Below are positions 20,253 to 29,942 of a DNA stretch of 64,000 bases, piece by piece. A program made the translations under genes and the position numbers. Origin of the DNA: an uncultured Alphaproteobacteria bacterium (GTDB lineage Bacteria; Pseudomonadota; Alphaproteobacteria; Sphingomonadales; Sphingomonadaceae); contig CAVTAQ010000007.1 in the NCBI GenBank assembly GCA_963732725.1, positions 209,402 to 273,401 of the forward strand, in the 5' to 3' direction. Each line of letters starts with the position of its first letter. Position 1 is the first letter of the stretch. The notes under the pieces are model-generated. The model saw only the letters and a program-made list of their open reading frames with translations, searched no databases and had not been told where the DNA came from.

Positions 20253-21416
20253 ATGGTAAACAACCTCGAACACGGCATCTTCCTGGCCCCTTATCACGAC
20301 GTCGGCGAAAGCCCCACGGTCGCGCTGCGCCGTGATCTCGAGCTGGTGGAATGGGTCGAAAAGCTTGGCTTTGCCGAAGCATGGTTTGGCGAGCATCATT
20401 CGACGGGGTGGGAAATCATCGGTTCGCCCGAACTGATGATCGCGGCAGCGGCCGAGCGGACCGGGCGGATCAGGCTGGGCACCGGTGTGGTCTCACTGCC
20501 CTATCACAACCCCTTGATGGTCGCGAACCGCATCCTTCAGCTCGATCACATGACCATGGGCCGGGTGATGTTCGGCATGGGCCCGGGCCTGCTGCCGACC
20601 GACGCCGAGATGATCGGGGCGGACATCAAGAGCCTGCGCGAAAAGCTGACCGAGGCAGCGGGCGTGATGATCCGGCTGCTTTCGGGCGAGGAAGTGACCC
20701 ATGAGACGAGCTGGTACACGCTGCACAAGGCCCGCACCCACCTGATGCCCTACACCCGCCCGCATCCGCCGATTTCCGTTGCAAGTGCGGTAACGCCGTC
20801 CGGTGGCATGCTGGCGGGGCTGCATGGCTTTGGCATGCTGTGCGTCGCCGCGACCGAAAGCGCCGGCTTCGATGTGCTCGACGAGAACTGGAAAATTGCC
20901 CAGCAGGTTGCAGCCGAAAACGGGCACGTCATGGATCCGGGCCAATTGCGGCTGGTCGTGCCTATGCACATTGCGCCCAGCCGGGAAAAGGCGCGCGCCG
21001 ATATTGCCCAGGGGTTGATGCGCTGGTGCGAGTATTTTGACCGGGTGGCACCGGCGGGCATGCGAGGCCTCACCGGAATGGGTGATCCTGCCGACTTGCT
21101 GATCAAATCGGGCCGCGCGGTGATCGGAACGCCGGAAGATGCGATCGCGATGATCGAACGGCTTCAGGCCAAGCAGGGCGAGTTTGGCGTCATGCTGTTC
21201 CAGTCGCACAACTGGGCTGACTGGGAAGAAACGAAGAAGAGCTACGAGCTCTACGCGCGTTTCGTCATGCCCCATTTCGGCAATTTCAACCGCAATCGTC
21301 AGGATAGCTACGCCGGTTTGACCGATGCAATCGACCGGCTGGAAAGCGAGCGCGAAAAAGGCGCCAAGGCCGCATTTGACGCCTGGGAAGCCAAGACTGG
21401 GCGGACTTCGACTTGA
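20253..21416 (+). CDS. LLM flavin-dependent monooxygenase (LimB-like)
   Basis: EAWFGEHHS, LGTGVVSLPYHNP, GPGLLPTD. Confidence 0.88.
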   Translation: MVNNLEHGIFLAPYHDVGESPTVALRRDLELVEWVEKLGFAEAWFGEHHSTGWEIIGSPELMIAAAAERTGRIRLGTGVVSLPYHNPLMVANRILQLDHMTMGRVMFGMGPGLLPTDAEMIGADIKSLREKLTEAAGVMIRLLSGEEVTHETSWYTLHKARTHLMPYTRPHPPISVASAVTPSGGMLAGLHGFGMLCVAATESAGFDVLDENWKIAQQVAAENGHVMDPGQLRLVVPMHIAPSREKARADIAQGLMRWCEYFDRVAPAGMRGLTGMGDPADLLIKSGRAVIGTPEDAIAMIERLQAKQGEFGVMLFQSHNWADWEETKKSYELYARFVMPHFGNFNRNRQDSYAGLTDAIDRLESEREKGAKAAFDAWEAKTGRTST

Positions 21417-21521
21417 TATCGAACCCTTTCACAAGAATTTAAGCTTGCCTCCATCTGCGAAACAGGAAAGCATGACGCTCCGCCCCGACGTGGAAGTGCG
21501 GATCGCTAATGGAGGGTTGTA

Positions 21522-21809
21522 ATGGATTTCTTCGCTGAAAATGGCTGGATCGGCTGGATAATAATCGGCGGCATCGCCGGTGCGGTTGGCAAGTTGCTGC
21601 TGCCTGGCAAGGATGGCGGCGGCATGGCCGTGACGATCCTGCTCGGCATTGCCGGTGCATTGCTGATGGGTCTCCTGGGCAAGCTGACCGGCTGGTATGG
21701 CGCAGGCCAGGGCCCCGATTTTATCGCAGCCGTGGTTGGCTCGATCATCTTGCTGGTGATCTACCGCATGGTGAAAAGCAGATCGGGCGGCGGTTCGCCT
21801 CCTGCCTGA
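21522..21809 (+). CDS. GlsB/YeaQ/YmgE membrane protein
   Basis: WIIIGGIAGAVGKLLLPG...TILLGIAGA...AVVGSIILL. Confidence 0.88.
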   Translation: MDFFAENGWIGWIIIGGIAGAVGKLLLPGKDGGGMAVTILLGIAGALLMGLLGKLTGWYGAGQGPDFIAAVVGSIILLVIYRMVKSRSGGGSPPA

Positions 21810-21810
21810 G

Positions 21811-24669
21811 TTAAGGGGCTGGGGATTTCGCTTCTTCGGGGAGCACCAGGATCTCCAGCCCATCTTTTGCACCCAGATAGCGCTTCGCAAGCGCCTGAAT
21901 GTCGGCGCGCGTAAGCGCCAGCAAGCGATCTTTCGCCTTGGCATGCCGCTCGATTGTCTCAGGCTTGCTCTGTGCCCGGTCGACCAGCGCCAGCCAGCCC
22001 TGATTGGATTTGAGGGCGTTGTCATACCCCTCGATCATCGGTTGCAGTGCCCGCTGGAAGGTATCGGCATCGATCGGTGCTTCGCGCAGCCGGGTGAGGG
22101 TTTCGGCGATGGCCGTGCGGGCGGCGTCAACTTCGCCAAGACCCACCGAAGCTGCCAGGGCAAAGGTGCCGTAACCCGGCCAGAACCGGGAAGGTGCGCT
22201 GCTGGCGGCGGGCGAATAGGCCTTGCCCAGCTTCTCGCGGAGAACTTCGGTCAGTTCGATGCGGACAATGCGCTCAAGCAAGGCCAGCCCGATGGATTCG
22301 GCGGGATCTCTGTCATCGCGGGTCGGCCAGGTTAACCGGATCAGCGCCTGATCGGCTGGGCCGGTATGGCGCACAATGCGCCCGCTGCGATCTTTGGTGA
22401 AGCCGCGCTGGCGCTGCTCGGCATAGGGCTGGAAGGCATCCTCCCGCCGGGGGAGGGCGCCGAAAGTCTTGCCAATCAGGGCAATCGCCTGTTCCTCGTC
22501 CAGATCGCCAACCATACCGATCTCGATTGCCCCCTTTGCAAACCTGCCGGCGAGGCTTTCGCGAAGCTGGTCGAAGGTCAGCTCGCGGTATTGTTCAACC
22601 GACTGGAGCGTATGGCGCGGGTCGTTGTCCGAGAGGATGCCGCCGAGCGAGTTGGCCAGCGCCGATTGCGGCGTGGCACGCAGCTGGGCGAAGAAGTTGT
22701 TGATGTTGAGCCGATACTGGATTTCGCCTTCCTTGCGATATCCCGGATCGGAAACCAGCGCGGCCAGAAGCTGCAATTGCAGTTCGAGATCGCGCGGGGT
22801 GGTCTGGGAAAACGAGACGAACGTCTCGGGCGCGCTCTGGATGTTCATGCTGGCGGTGCGGCCGGCCAGGATCGATTGCAGTTCATCCTGGCTGTGCTTG
22901 CCAAGCCCGCCGACCGGCAACATGTCGATCATTTCTGTCGCTAGCGGGTTTGACCGCGTGTTGAGCATGTCGCCGCCATCGATGCTCACCTGGAGGTGTA
23001 CCTTGCCGGTCTCGATATCGGTGCGCCTGAGGTTGAGCAGCACGCCGTTGGCGAAACGCACCTGCCGGATGCCAAGCGCTGCTTCGCGCGCATCGCTGGC
23101 AACGGTGCCGGGCGGGCCGAATTCGCCATAGCCGAATGCCGCATTCTGGCCTGTCCGTTCGCGGGCAAGCGGTCCGTCCATCGCGCTGTTCCAGGCTGCA
23201 CGGATCGCGTGTTCGCCGCCATCGGGTGCCTTGCGGCCCTGGAAGCGCAGCAACGGCCTCGACAGTTGGATAGCTTCCCGCTTCAGCGCTGCGAACACCT
23301 TTTGCGGCGTAACTTCGGGAATGAAAGCCTCCAGCCGCGCCAGTGAGCTTTCGGGAGTGGCCGGCACCTTGTCGTCGCGGATCAGGGCGAACAGTGCTGC
23401 CAGCAGGGCGCCATGGCTGCGCGTGCCGGCCGAAGCCGCTTCGTTCTGCGCGGCGGTGCGCAAGCCGGAAACCTGTTCGGCAATCTCGCCCGCTGAAAAT
23501 CCGTAAGCAAACGCGCGCCGGTATTCGCGGGCCGCTGCGGTCAGCCCGCGCCGCCATTTGCCATCAACCGTATCGACTACAAGATTGGTGGTGCGCCCTG
23601 CCTTGAACACATCGGATGTGCCGAAACCCGCCCCGCGGAACGGCGGATCTTCCTGCCGGGCGAGGCGGACCAGACGGCGGTTGATCGCGCTGTAGCCGAT
23701 CTGGCGCAGCAGGTTTTCGCGGCGATGGGCGATTATGTCGGGCTCGTATCGCCACGGGCCATGGCGCGATGCCGTGATGCGTTCGGACATTGCCGGATCG
23801 AGGTAGACGCTTGTGCGTTCCTCCTTCCCGACGTCGATCGGTCCGGCGGATGGGGGCAGTTCGGCAGGATAGGCCTGCCAGCTCTCGAACCGGGAGCGGA
23901 TCGCAGCCTCGACCGCACCGGGATCGAAATCGCCGACGACGATCAGCGTGGTCTGCGCGGGCACATATTCGCGGCGCCAGAATGCCTCGAGACTTTCCGC
24001 AGTGGCTCCGCCCAGCGTTTCTGCCGTGCCGATCGGCAGGCGCCGGGTATAGTGCGCGCCGGGATTGAGAAAGGCGAACTGGTCTTCGAGGTTGCGCAGC
24101 TGCCACGAATTGCGGTCGCGCATCTCGGCAAGTACCACGCCGCGTTCGCGCGCCACGGCTTCGGGGGAGAAGGCCAGCTCGCTCGCCGTCTCGCGCATCA
24201 GCATCAGCGCGGTATCGAGCAGCTCGGGATCGTTCCTGGGCAGATCAAGCTTGTATGTCGTGCGATCAAAGCTGGTCTCGGCGTTGGTGTCGGCCCCGAA
24301 AGCCAGCCCTTTGCGCTCCAGCAGCTTGATCATCTCGCCTTCGGGAACATGGGTCGATCCGTTGAACGCCATATGTTCGACAAAATGGGCAAAACCGCGC
24401 TCGCTGTCGCTTTCATCAAGCGAGCCGGCAGCAATTTCCAGCCGCACGGCACCGGTGCCCCTGGGGGTAGCGTTCTGACGGATGGCATAGCGCATGCCAT
24501 TGCCAAGCTTGCCGAAGCGCCAGGCCGGATCGACCGGGACATCGCTGGCTTCGAATGCCCAGGCCGTCCGGTCGCGCGGGGGCTGGGCAGCCGCTTCGAC
24601 ACGCTCCAGCTGCGGCGCGCAGGCGGAGAGGAAGGCAAGGACTAAGAGGAAAGGGAACAGGCGGAGCAT
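21811..24669 (-). CDS. M16 zinc metallopeptidase (PqqL-like), lipoprotein
   Basis: Lipobox LSAC; HFVEH (HxxEH); GADTNAETSFD. Confidence 0.9.
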   Translation of the reverse strand: MLRLFPFLLVLAFLSACAPQLERVEAAAQPPRDRTAWAFEASDVPVDPAWRFGKLGNGMRYAIRQNATPRGTGAVRLEIAAGSLDESDSERGFAHFVEHMAFNGSTHVPEGEMIKLLERKGLAFGADTNAETSFDRTTYKLDLPRNDPELLDTALMLMRETASELAFSPEAVARERGVVLAEMRDRNSWQLRNLEDQFAFLNPGAHYTRRLPIGTAETLGGATAESLEAFWRREYVPAQTTLIVVGDFDPGAVEAAIRSRFESWQAYPAELPPSAGPIDVGKEERTSVYLDPAMSERITASRHGPWRYEPDIIAHRRENLLRQIGYSAINRRLVRLARQEDPPFRGAGFGTSDVFKAGRTTNLVVDTVDGKWRRGLTAAAREYRRAFAYGFSAGEIAEQVSGLRTAAQNEAASAGTRSHGALLAALFALIRDDKVPATPESSLARLEAFIPEVTPQKVFAALKREAIQLSRPLLRFQGRKAPDGGEHAIRAAWNSAMDGPLARERTGQNAAFGYGEFGPPGTVASDAREAALGIRQVRFANGVLLNLRRTDIETGKVHLQVSIDGGDMLNTRSNPLATEMIDMLPVGGLGKHSQDELQSILAGRTASMNIQSAPETFVSFSQTTPRDLELQLQLLAALVSDPGYRKEGEIQYRLNINNFFAQLRATPQSALANSLGGILSDNDPRHTLQSVEQYRELTFDQLRESLAGRFAKGAIEIGMVGDLDEEQAIALIGKTFGALPRREDAFQPYAEQRQRGFTKDRSGRIVRHTGPADQALIRLTWPTRDDRDPAESIGLALLERIVRIELTEVLREKLGKAYSPAASSAPSRFWPGYGTFALAASVGLGEVDAARTAIAETLTRLREAPIDADTFQRALQPMIEGYDNALKSNQGWLALVDRAQSKPETIERHAKAKDRLLALTRADIQALAKRYLGAKDGLEILVLPEEAKSPAP

Positions 24670-24682
24670 CGTTGCCTCGCCG

Positions 24683-25468
24683 TTATTTCCCCCTTAGCTT
24701 GCGGTGTTTCGAGAGGTCGAGCACTTCGCTGGTTTCGCCATCGTCCTGAAGAATGCCAAGGCGCCGGGCGACTTCCTGGTAGGCTTCGGATTCACCGCCC
24801 AGATCCCGCCGGAAGCGATCCTTGTCGAGCTTTTCGCCGGTGACCATGTCCCACAGGCGGCAGCCGTCGGGGCTGATTTCGTCGGCGAGGATCACGCGGC
24901 TGAAATCGCCGTCCCAGATGCGGCCGAATTCGAGCTTGAAATCGACCAGCCTGATGCCGATCGCCGCAAACATGCCGCTCAGAAAATCGTTAATCCGGAT
25001 CGCCATCGCCGAGATGTCCTGCATCTCCTCGTTCGATGCCCAGCCGAAGCAGGCGATATGCTCTTCGGCGACCATCGGGTCGTTCAGCGCATCATCCTTG
25101 AAATAATACTCGATCAGGGTGTGCGGCAGCGGATCGCCTTCGGGGATGCCGAGGCGCTGGCTGATCGAACCGGCCGCGACATTGCGCACGACCACTTCCA
25201 GCGGCACGATTTCCACTTGCCGGATCAATTGCTCGCGCATGTTGATGCGGCGGATGAAGTGGGTGGGAATCCCGATGTGCGAAAGGCGGGTGAAGACATA
25301 CTCGCTGATGCGGTTGTTGATCACGCCCTTGCCCTGGATCGTGCCTTTTTTCTGCGCATTGAAGGCAGTCGCATCGTCCTTGAAATACTGGATCAGGGTG
25401 CCGGGCTCGGGCCCCTCGAAGAGAATCTTGGCCTTGCCTTCATAAATCTGGCGGCGCTGGCGAGACAT
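24683..25468 (-). CDS. purC: SAICAR synthetase
   Basis: [31 protein letters not shown]. Confidence 0.97.
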   Translation of the reverse strand: MSRQRRQIYEGKAKILFEGPEPGTLIQYFKDDATAFNAQKKGTIQGKGVINNRISEYVFTRLSHIGIPTHFIRRINMREQLIRQVEIVPLEVVVRNVAAGSISQRLGIPEGDPLPHTLIEYYFKDDALNDPMVAEEHIACFGWASNEEMQDISAMAIRINDFLSGMFAAIGIRLVDFKLEFGRIWDGDFSRVILADEISPDGCRLWDMVTGEKLDKDRFRRDLGGESEAYQEVARRLGILQDDGETSEVLDLSKHRKLRGK

Positions 25469-25668
25469 GCGGCGGCTCCTTAAGCTCGCGAAAAGACAAG
25501 CCCCGGCGTGAGCAGGTCGCTAGGGCGACTGCGCGGCCGGGGCGTGCCCCGCCATAGCGGATCGCAGCGCAAAAGCAAACCGGCACCGCCGGGTCGCCAT
25601 CCGCCGCGAATTGCGCTTGCGCCGCTGGATGGCTGGGCTAACAGCCGGGCAAGCATGGGAGAGTGACA

Positions 25669-27087
25669 ATGCGCCGGTATCTCAAATTCTACATAGACGG
25701 CCAATGGGTCGATCCGGTTGTGGCCAAAACGGCAGACGTGATCAATCCGGCCACCGAGCAGGTGTCGGGCCAGATTTCGCTGGGCTCACAGACCGATATC
25801 GACAAGGCCGTGGCAGCGGCGCGCAAGGCCTTCCCGGCCTGGTCCGAAACCACCCGCGCGCAGCGGCTTGACCTGCTGAGGGCGATTCAAGCCGAATATA
25901 CCCGGCGCCAGCAGGAACTGGGCGAGGCAGTGGTCGAGGAAATGGGCGCGCCGATGGCGCTCGGCTGCGGTTTCCACGTCGGTCTCGGCGCGGGCCATCT
26001 GCAGACCGCAATCGAGGTGCTGGAAAAGTTCGCCTTCGAGGAAATGCACGGCACGACGATGATCCGGCATGAGCCGATCGGCGTTTGCGGGCTGATCACG
26101 CCGTGGAACTGGCCGATGAACCAGACCTGCGTGAAGATTTTCCCGGCGCTGGCAGCCGGTTGCACCACGATCCTCAAGCCGCCGCAACTCGCCCCCTTTT
26201 CTGCGCATATCCTGGCCGAGATCATCGATGCGGCGGGCGTGCCTGCCGGCGTCTTCAACATGATCCAGGGCTCGGGCGCGGTGCTGGGCACGGCGCTGAC
26301 CACGCATGAGGACGTCGACATGATCTCGTTCACCGGTTCGGAGCCGGTCGGCGTGCAGATCCAGAAAGACGCAGCCCTGACTGTGAAGCGGGTCGGTCTC
26401 GAGCTTGGCGGCAAGAGCGCCTTCATCGTGCTCGACGATGCCGACCTGGTGAAGAATGTTACCGAGGCAACTGTCGGCATGATGGGCAATTCGGGGCAGA
26501 CCTGCTCGGCGGGATCGCGCCTCCTGGTGCCCGCGTCGCGCATGGCAGAGGCCAAGGCGGCCGCCAAAGCGGCGGCGGAATCGGTCAGTGTCGGCGATCC
26601 CAACGGCAATTTCGCCATGGGCCCGGTGGTCTCCAAGGGCCAGTACAACATCATCCAGGAATATATCGAAGCGGGCCTGGTGGATGGCGTTTCAGAGCTT
26701 ATTGCTGGCGGACCGGGGCGTCCCGACGGGCTCGACAAAGGCTGGTATGTCAAGCCGACCGTGTTCGTGACCACCAACGATACCGCGATCGGCCGCGAGG
26801 AGATCTTCGGCCCGGTGCTGGTGATGATCGGCTACAAGGATGTGGACGATGCCGTTGCCATTGCCAATGACAGCACATTCGGCCTGGCCGGTTATGTCAA
26901 CGGTGTCGATGCGGCGGCCTGCAATGCCATTGCCAAGCGGATGCGGACCGGCTGGGTCAACGTCAACAACGGCTTTGATTTCCACGCGCCGTTCGGCGGC
27001 TACAAGCGCTCGGGCAACGGGCGCGAATGGGGCGAGCATGGCTTGCGTGAATACCTTGAGGTCAAGACGATCCTCAATCACGGGTAA
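25669..27087 (+). CDS. Aldehyde dehydrogenase
   Basis: TPWNWP, FTGS, LELGGK, GQTC, EEIFGP. Confidence 0.93.
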   Translation: MRRYLKFYIDGQWVDPVVAKTADVINPATEQVSGQISLGSQTDIDKAVAAARKAFPAWSETTRAQRLDLLRAIQAEYTRRQQELGEAVVEEMGAPMALGCGFHVGLGAGHLQTAIEVLEKFAFEEMHGTTMIRHEPIGVCGLITPWNWPMNQTCVKIFPALAAGCTTILKPPQLAPFSAHILAEIIDAAGVPAGVFNMIQGSGAVLGTALTTHEDVDMISFTGSEPVGVQIQKDAALTVKRVGLELGGKSAFIVLDDADLVKNVTEATVGMMGNSGQTCSAGSRLLVPASRMAEAKAAAKAAAESVSVGDPNGNFAMGPVVSKGQYNIIQEYIEAGLVDGVSELIAGGPGRPDGLDKGWYVKPTVFVTTNDTAIGREEIFGPVLVMIGYKDVDDAVAIANDSTFGLAGYVNGVDAAACNAIAKRMRTGWVNVNNGFDFHAPFGGYKRSGNGREWGEHGLREYLEVKTILNHG

Positions 27088-27111
27088 TTGCAGCACGGGC
27101 AGTGCGGGATG

Positions 27112-27139
27112 CGGGGACACGGCATTGCGTGTCCCCGCA
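27112..27139. terminator. Hairpin between convergent ALDH and peroxiredoxin genes
   Basis: TGCGGGGACAC...GTGTCCCCGCA inverted repeat; no U-tract. Confidence 0.5.
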
Positions 27140-27152
27140 ATTGCAGCCAGAA

Positions 27153-27632
27153 TCAAAGCTGATCGAGCATGTATTCCGCAGCGCTGACCTTGTATTCGCC
27201 AGCCGCTTCGACATTGAGCTGTTCGACCGTGCCGTCGTTCACAACCATCGACCAGCGCGAACCACGCTGGCCCAGGCCAAAGCCCGAGCCGTCCATGGTC
27301 AGGCCAAGCGCCTGCGCCAGATCGCCATTGCCGTCGCCCAGCATGGTAACGTCCGCGCTGCCATCTGCGCGGCCCCATGCGCCCATCACGAAAGCATCGT
27401 TGACTGCGGTGCAGGCGATCTCGTCAATGCCCTTGGCCTTGAGGGCGCCTGCCTGCTGAACATAGCTGGGCAGATGCTTGGCCGAACAGGTCGGGGTGAA
27501 GGCGCCGGGAACCGAAAACAGTGCCACCCGCTTGCCCTGGAAATAATCGGTGCTTTGCAGGGCCTCGGGGCCGCTTTCGCCAGCCTTCATAAGCTTCACG
27601 TCAGGAATTTTGTCGCCAACCGCAATTGTCAT
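27153..27632 (-). CDS. Peroxiredoxin (Prx5)
   Basis: FSVPGAFTPTCSAKHLP, VNDAFVM. Confidence 0.92.
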   Translation of the reverse strand: MTIAVGDKIPDVKLMKAGESGPEALQSTDYFQGKRVALFSVPGAFTPTCSAKHLPSYVQQAGALKAKGIDEIACTAVNDAFVMGAWGRADGSADVTMLGDGNGDLAQALGLTMDGSGFGLGQRGSRWSMVVNDGTVEQLNVEAAGEYKVSAAEYMLDQL

Positions 27633-27801
27633 TTTTCCGTCCTTTCAGGGCAGGGATTCGCCTCCGGGGCCGATATAGGCGCGCCGCGCGGGGCTGCAAT
27701 GTCCTTTGGTTAATTTCGCTTTACCGCGACCTTTCAAGAGTTGGTAAAGTGCTTGGGCCACAGTGAGTCCCAGCGGGAGTTGGCCTGCTTGGAGACTGAG
27801 C

Positions 27802-28272
27802 ATGAAAATTTCGGGGGTAGCGGCCAAGGCCGCAATGGCGCTGGCGGCATTGGCTGCGACGGTTCCGGCGCAGGCAGTTGATCCTCTGGCGGAAGCTGAA
27901 AAGCTGCGCCGCCTCGATATCATGCTGATGGTCACCGGCTTGCGGTGCCGCACCACTGCCGACAATTTCAACGCCGAATACGGTCGTTTCACGACCAGCC
28001 ACATGGCGACCCTCAATGCCGCCGGGGCCCAGCTCAAGGCGAAGATGGCCGCGCGCTACGGCGCAGCGGGTGCCAACCGGGCACTCGACAAGTTCAGCAC
28101 GACCATGGCCAACACCTATGGTCAGGGTCACCCCTGGCTGACCTGCGCCGAGCTGAAATCTGCAACTGCAGGCCTTGCGCAAGTTCGCGGACGGGCAACC
28201 CTGCTTGAAGCGGCTGATCAGCTGCTGGCCGGCGGACGCAGCGCCGACTTTGCGATTGCCCGCCGCCGCTGA
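27802..28272 (+). CDS. Secreted hypothetical protein upstream of ahcY
   Basis: Signal peptide; LDIMLMVTGLRC...MANTYG...C; GGAG RBS. Confidence 0.75.
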   Translation: MKISGVAAKAAMALAALAATVPAQAVDPLAEAEKLRRLDIMLMVTGLRCRTTADNFNAEYGRFTTSHMATLNAAGAQLKAKMAARYGAAGANRALDKFSTTMANTYGQGHPWLTCAELKSATAGLAQVRGRATLLEAADQLLAGGRSADFAIARRR

Positions 28273-28295
28273 GGCTCCGGGCCCTTTCGGGTAGC

Positions 28296-28315
28296 ATATA
28301 AAGAATTCCTTATAT
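28296..28315. promoter_or_regulatory. SahR-like operator
   Basis: Near-palindrome ATATAAAG-aatt-CCTTATAT upstream of ahcY; resembles the recalled SahR motif. Confidence 0.65.
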
Positions 28316-28342
28316 TCGTTGCCTCTCGCCCTCCGAGAGGCT

Positions 28343-28374
28343 AAGGGCGGCGCCATTCTTGGCGCCGCCCTTTT
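28343..28374 (+). terminator. Terminator-like hairpin upstream of ahcY
   Basis: AAGGGCGGCGCCA-ttct-TGGCGCCGCCCTTTT. Confidence 0.55.
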
Positions 28375-28430
28375 CAATTGCCGGCAACGGTTCATGGCGT
28401 CCGCAACCGCAAACTCGGGAGTTCTGCAAC

Positions 28431-29861
28431 GTGGCCAGTGCGAATACTATCAATCCAGCAACCTCCGGGGACTATGCGATCACGGATATCGGCCTTGCCG
28501 ATTTTGGCCGTGCCGAGATCAATATTGCCGAAACGGAAATGCCCGGGCTGATGGCGCTTCGCCAGGAATTCGGCGCATCCCAGCCCCTCAAGGGTGCGCG
28601 GATCACCGGGTCTCTGCACATGACGATCCAGACCGCAGTGCTGATCGAAACGCTGACCGCCCTTGGTGCCGACGTGCGCTGGGCAACATGCAACATCTTC
28701 TCGACCCAGGATCACGCAGCCGCTGCCATTGCCGCGCGGGGCATCCCGGTGTTCGCGATCAAGGGCGAAAGCCTTGCAGATTACTGGGACTATGTCGGTT
28801 CGATTTTTGATTGGGACGCGGACGGTTCCGGGCAGACCGCCAACATGATCCTCGACGATGGCGGCGATGCCACCATGTTTGCTCTGTGGGGCGCACGGGT
28901 TGAGGCGGGAGAGAAGCTGTTTGAGCCTTCGAACGAGGAAGAGATCGAATTCGTCCGTGCGCTCAATGCCTTTCTCAAGGCCAAGCCGGGCTACCTCACC
29001 GAGAGCGTGAAGAACATCAAGGGCGTTTCCGAAGAGACCACCACCGGCGTCCACCGGCTCTACCAGATTGCCAAGGAAGGCAAGCTGCCGTTCCCGGCGA
29101 TCAACGTGAACGATTCGGTCACCAAATCGAAGTTCGACAATCTCTATGGCTGCAAGGAATCGCTGGTCGATGCGATCCGCCGCGCGACTGACGTGATGCT
29201 GGCCGGCAAAGTCGCCTGTGTTGCCGGGTTCGGCGATGTCGGCAAGGGCAGCGCCGCCTCGCTCCGCCAGGGCGGCGCGCGGGTGATGGTCACCGAAGTC
29301 GACCCGATCTGCGCGCTTCAGGCGGCGATGGAAGGCTACGAAGTCGTCACCATGGAAGAGGCGGTCACCCGCTGCGACATCTTCGTCACCGCCACCGGCA
29401 ACGAAGGCGTGATCACCGTCGATCACATGCGCGCGATGAAGCCGATGAGCATTGTCTGCAATATCGGCCACTTTGACAGCGAGATCCAGGTCGCCGCCTT
29501 GCAGAATTTCAAGTGGACCGAAGTCAAGCCAGGCACCGATCTGGTCGAGTTCCCCGACGGCAAGCAGATCATCATGCTGGCCAAGGGCCGCCTGGTGAAC
29601 CTGGGCTGCGCCACCGGCCATCCCAGCTTCGTGATGTCATCCAGCTTCACCAACCAGACGCTGGCCCAGATCGAGCTGTTCACAAACCCGGCGCAATACA
29701 AGAATGACGTCTATGTCCTGCCCAAGCACCTCGACGAAAAGGTCGCCGCGCTGCATCTGGAAAAGCTTGGTGTAAAGCTGACCACGCTGACCCAGAAGCA
29801 GGCGGACTATATCGGTGTGCCGCAGACCGGGCCGTTCAAGCCGGATCATTACCGCTATTGA
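28431..29861 (+). CDS. ahcY: Adenosylhomocysteinase
   Basis: [42 protein letters not shown]. Confidence 0.97.
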   Translation: MASANTINPATSGDYAITDIGLADFGRAEINIAETEMPGLMALRQEFGASQPLKGARITGSLHMTIQTAVLIETLTALGADVRWATCNIFSTQDHAAAAIAARGIPVFAIKGESLADYWDYVGSIFDWDADGSGQTANMILDDGGDATMFALWGARVEAGEKLFEPSNEEEIEFVRALNAFLKAKPGYLTESVKNIKGVSEETTTGVHRLYQIAKEGKLPFPAINVNDSVTKSKFDNLYGCKESLVDAIRRATDVMLAGKVACVAGFGDVGKGSAASLRQGGARVMVTEVDPICALQAAMEGYEVVTMEEAVTRCDIFVTATGNEGVITVDHMRAMKPMSIVCNIGHFDSEIQVAALQNFKWTEVKPGTDLVEFPDGKQIIMLAKGRLVNLGCATGHPSFVMSSSFTNQTLAQIELFTNPAQYKNDVYVLPKHLDEKVAALHLEKLGVKLTTLTQKQADYIGVPQTGPFKPDHYRY

Positions 29862-29942
29862 TGTTGCCTTGTGCGGTCAGACGCACAGTTTCAGCTACGC
29901 CCCATGTTGTAATCCTGCCCCGCCGCGCATAGCGAAGGCGCG

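Noticed and set aside
28316-28430. Canonical SAH or SAM riboswitch
   Set aside because: Could not match the consensus by eye; kept only as an unexplained hairpin
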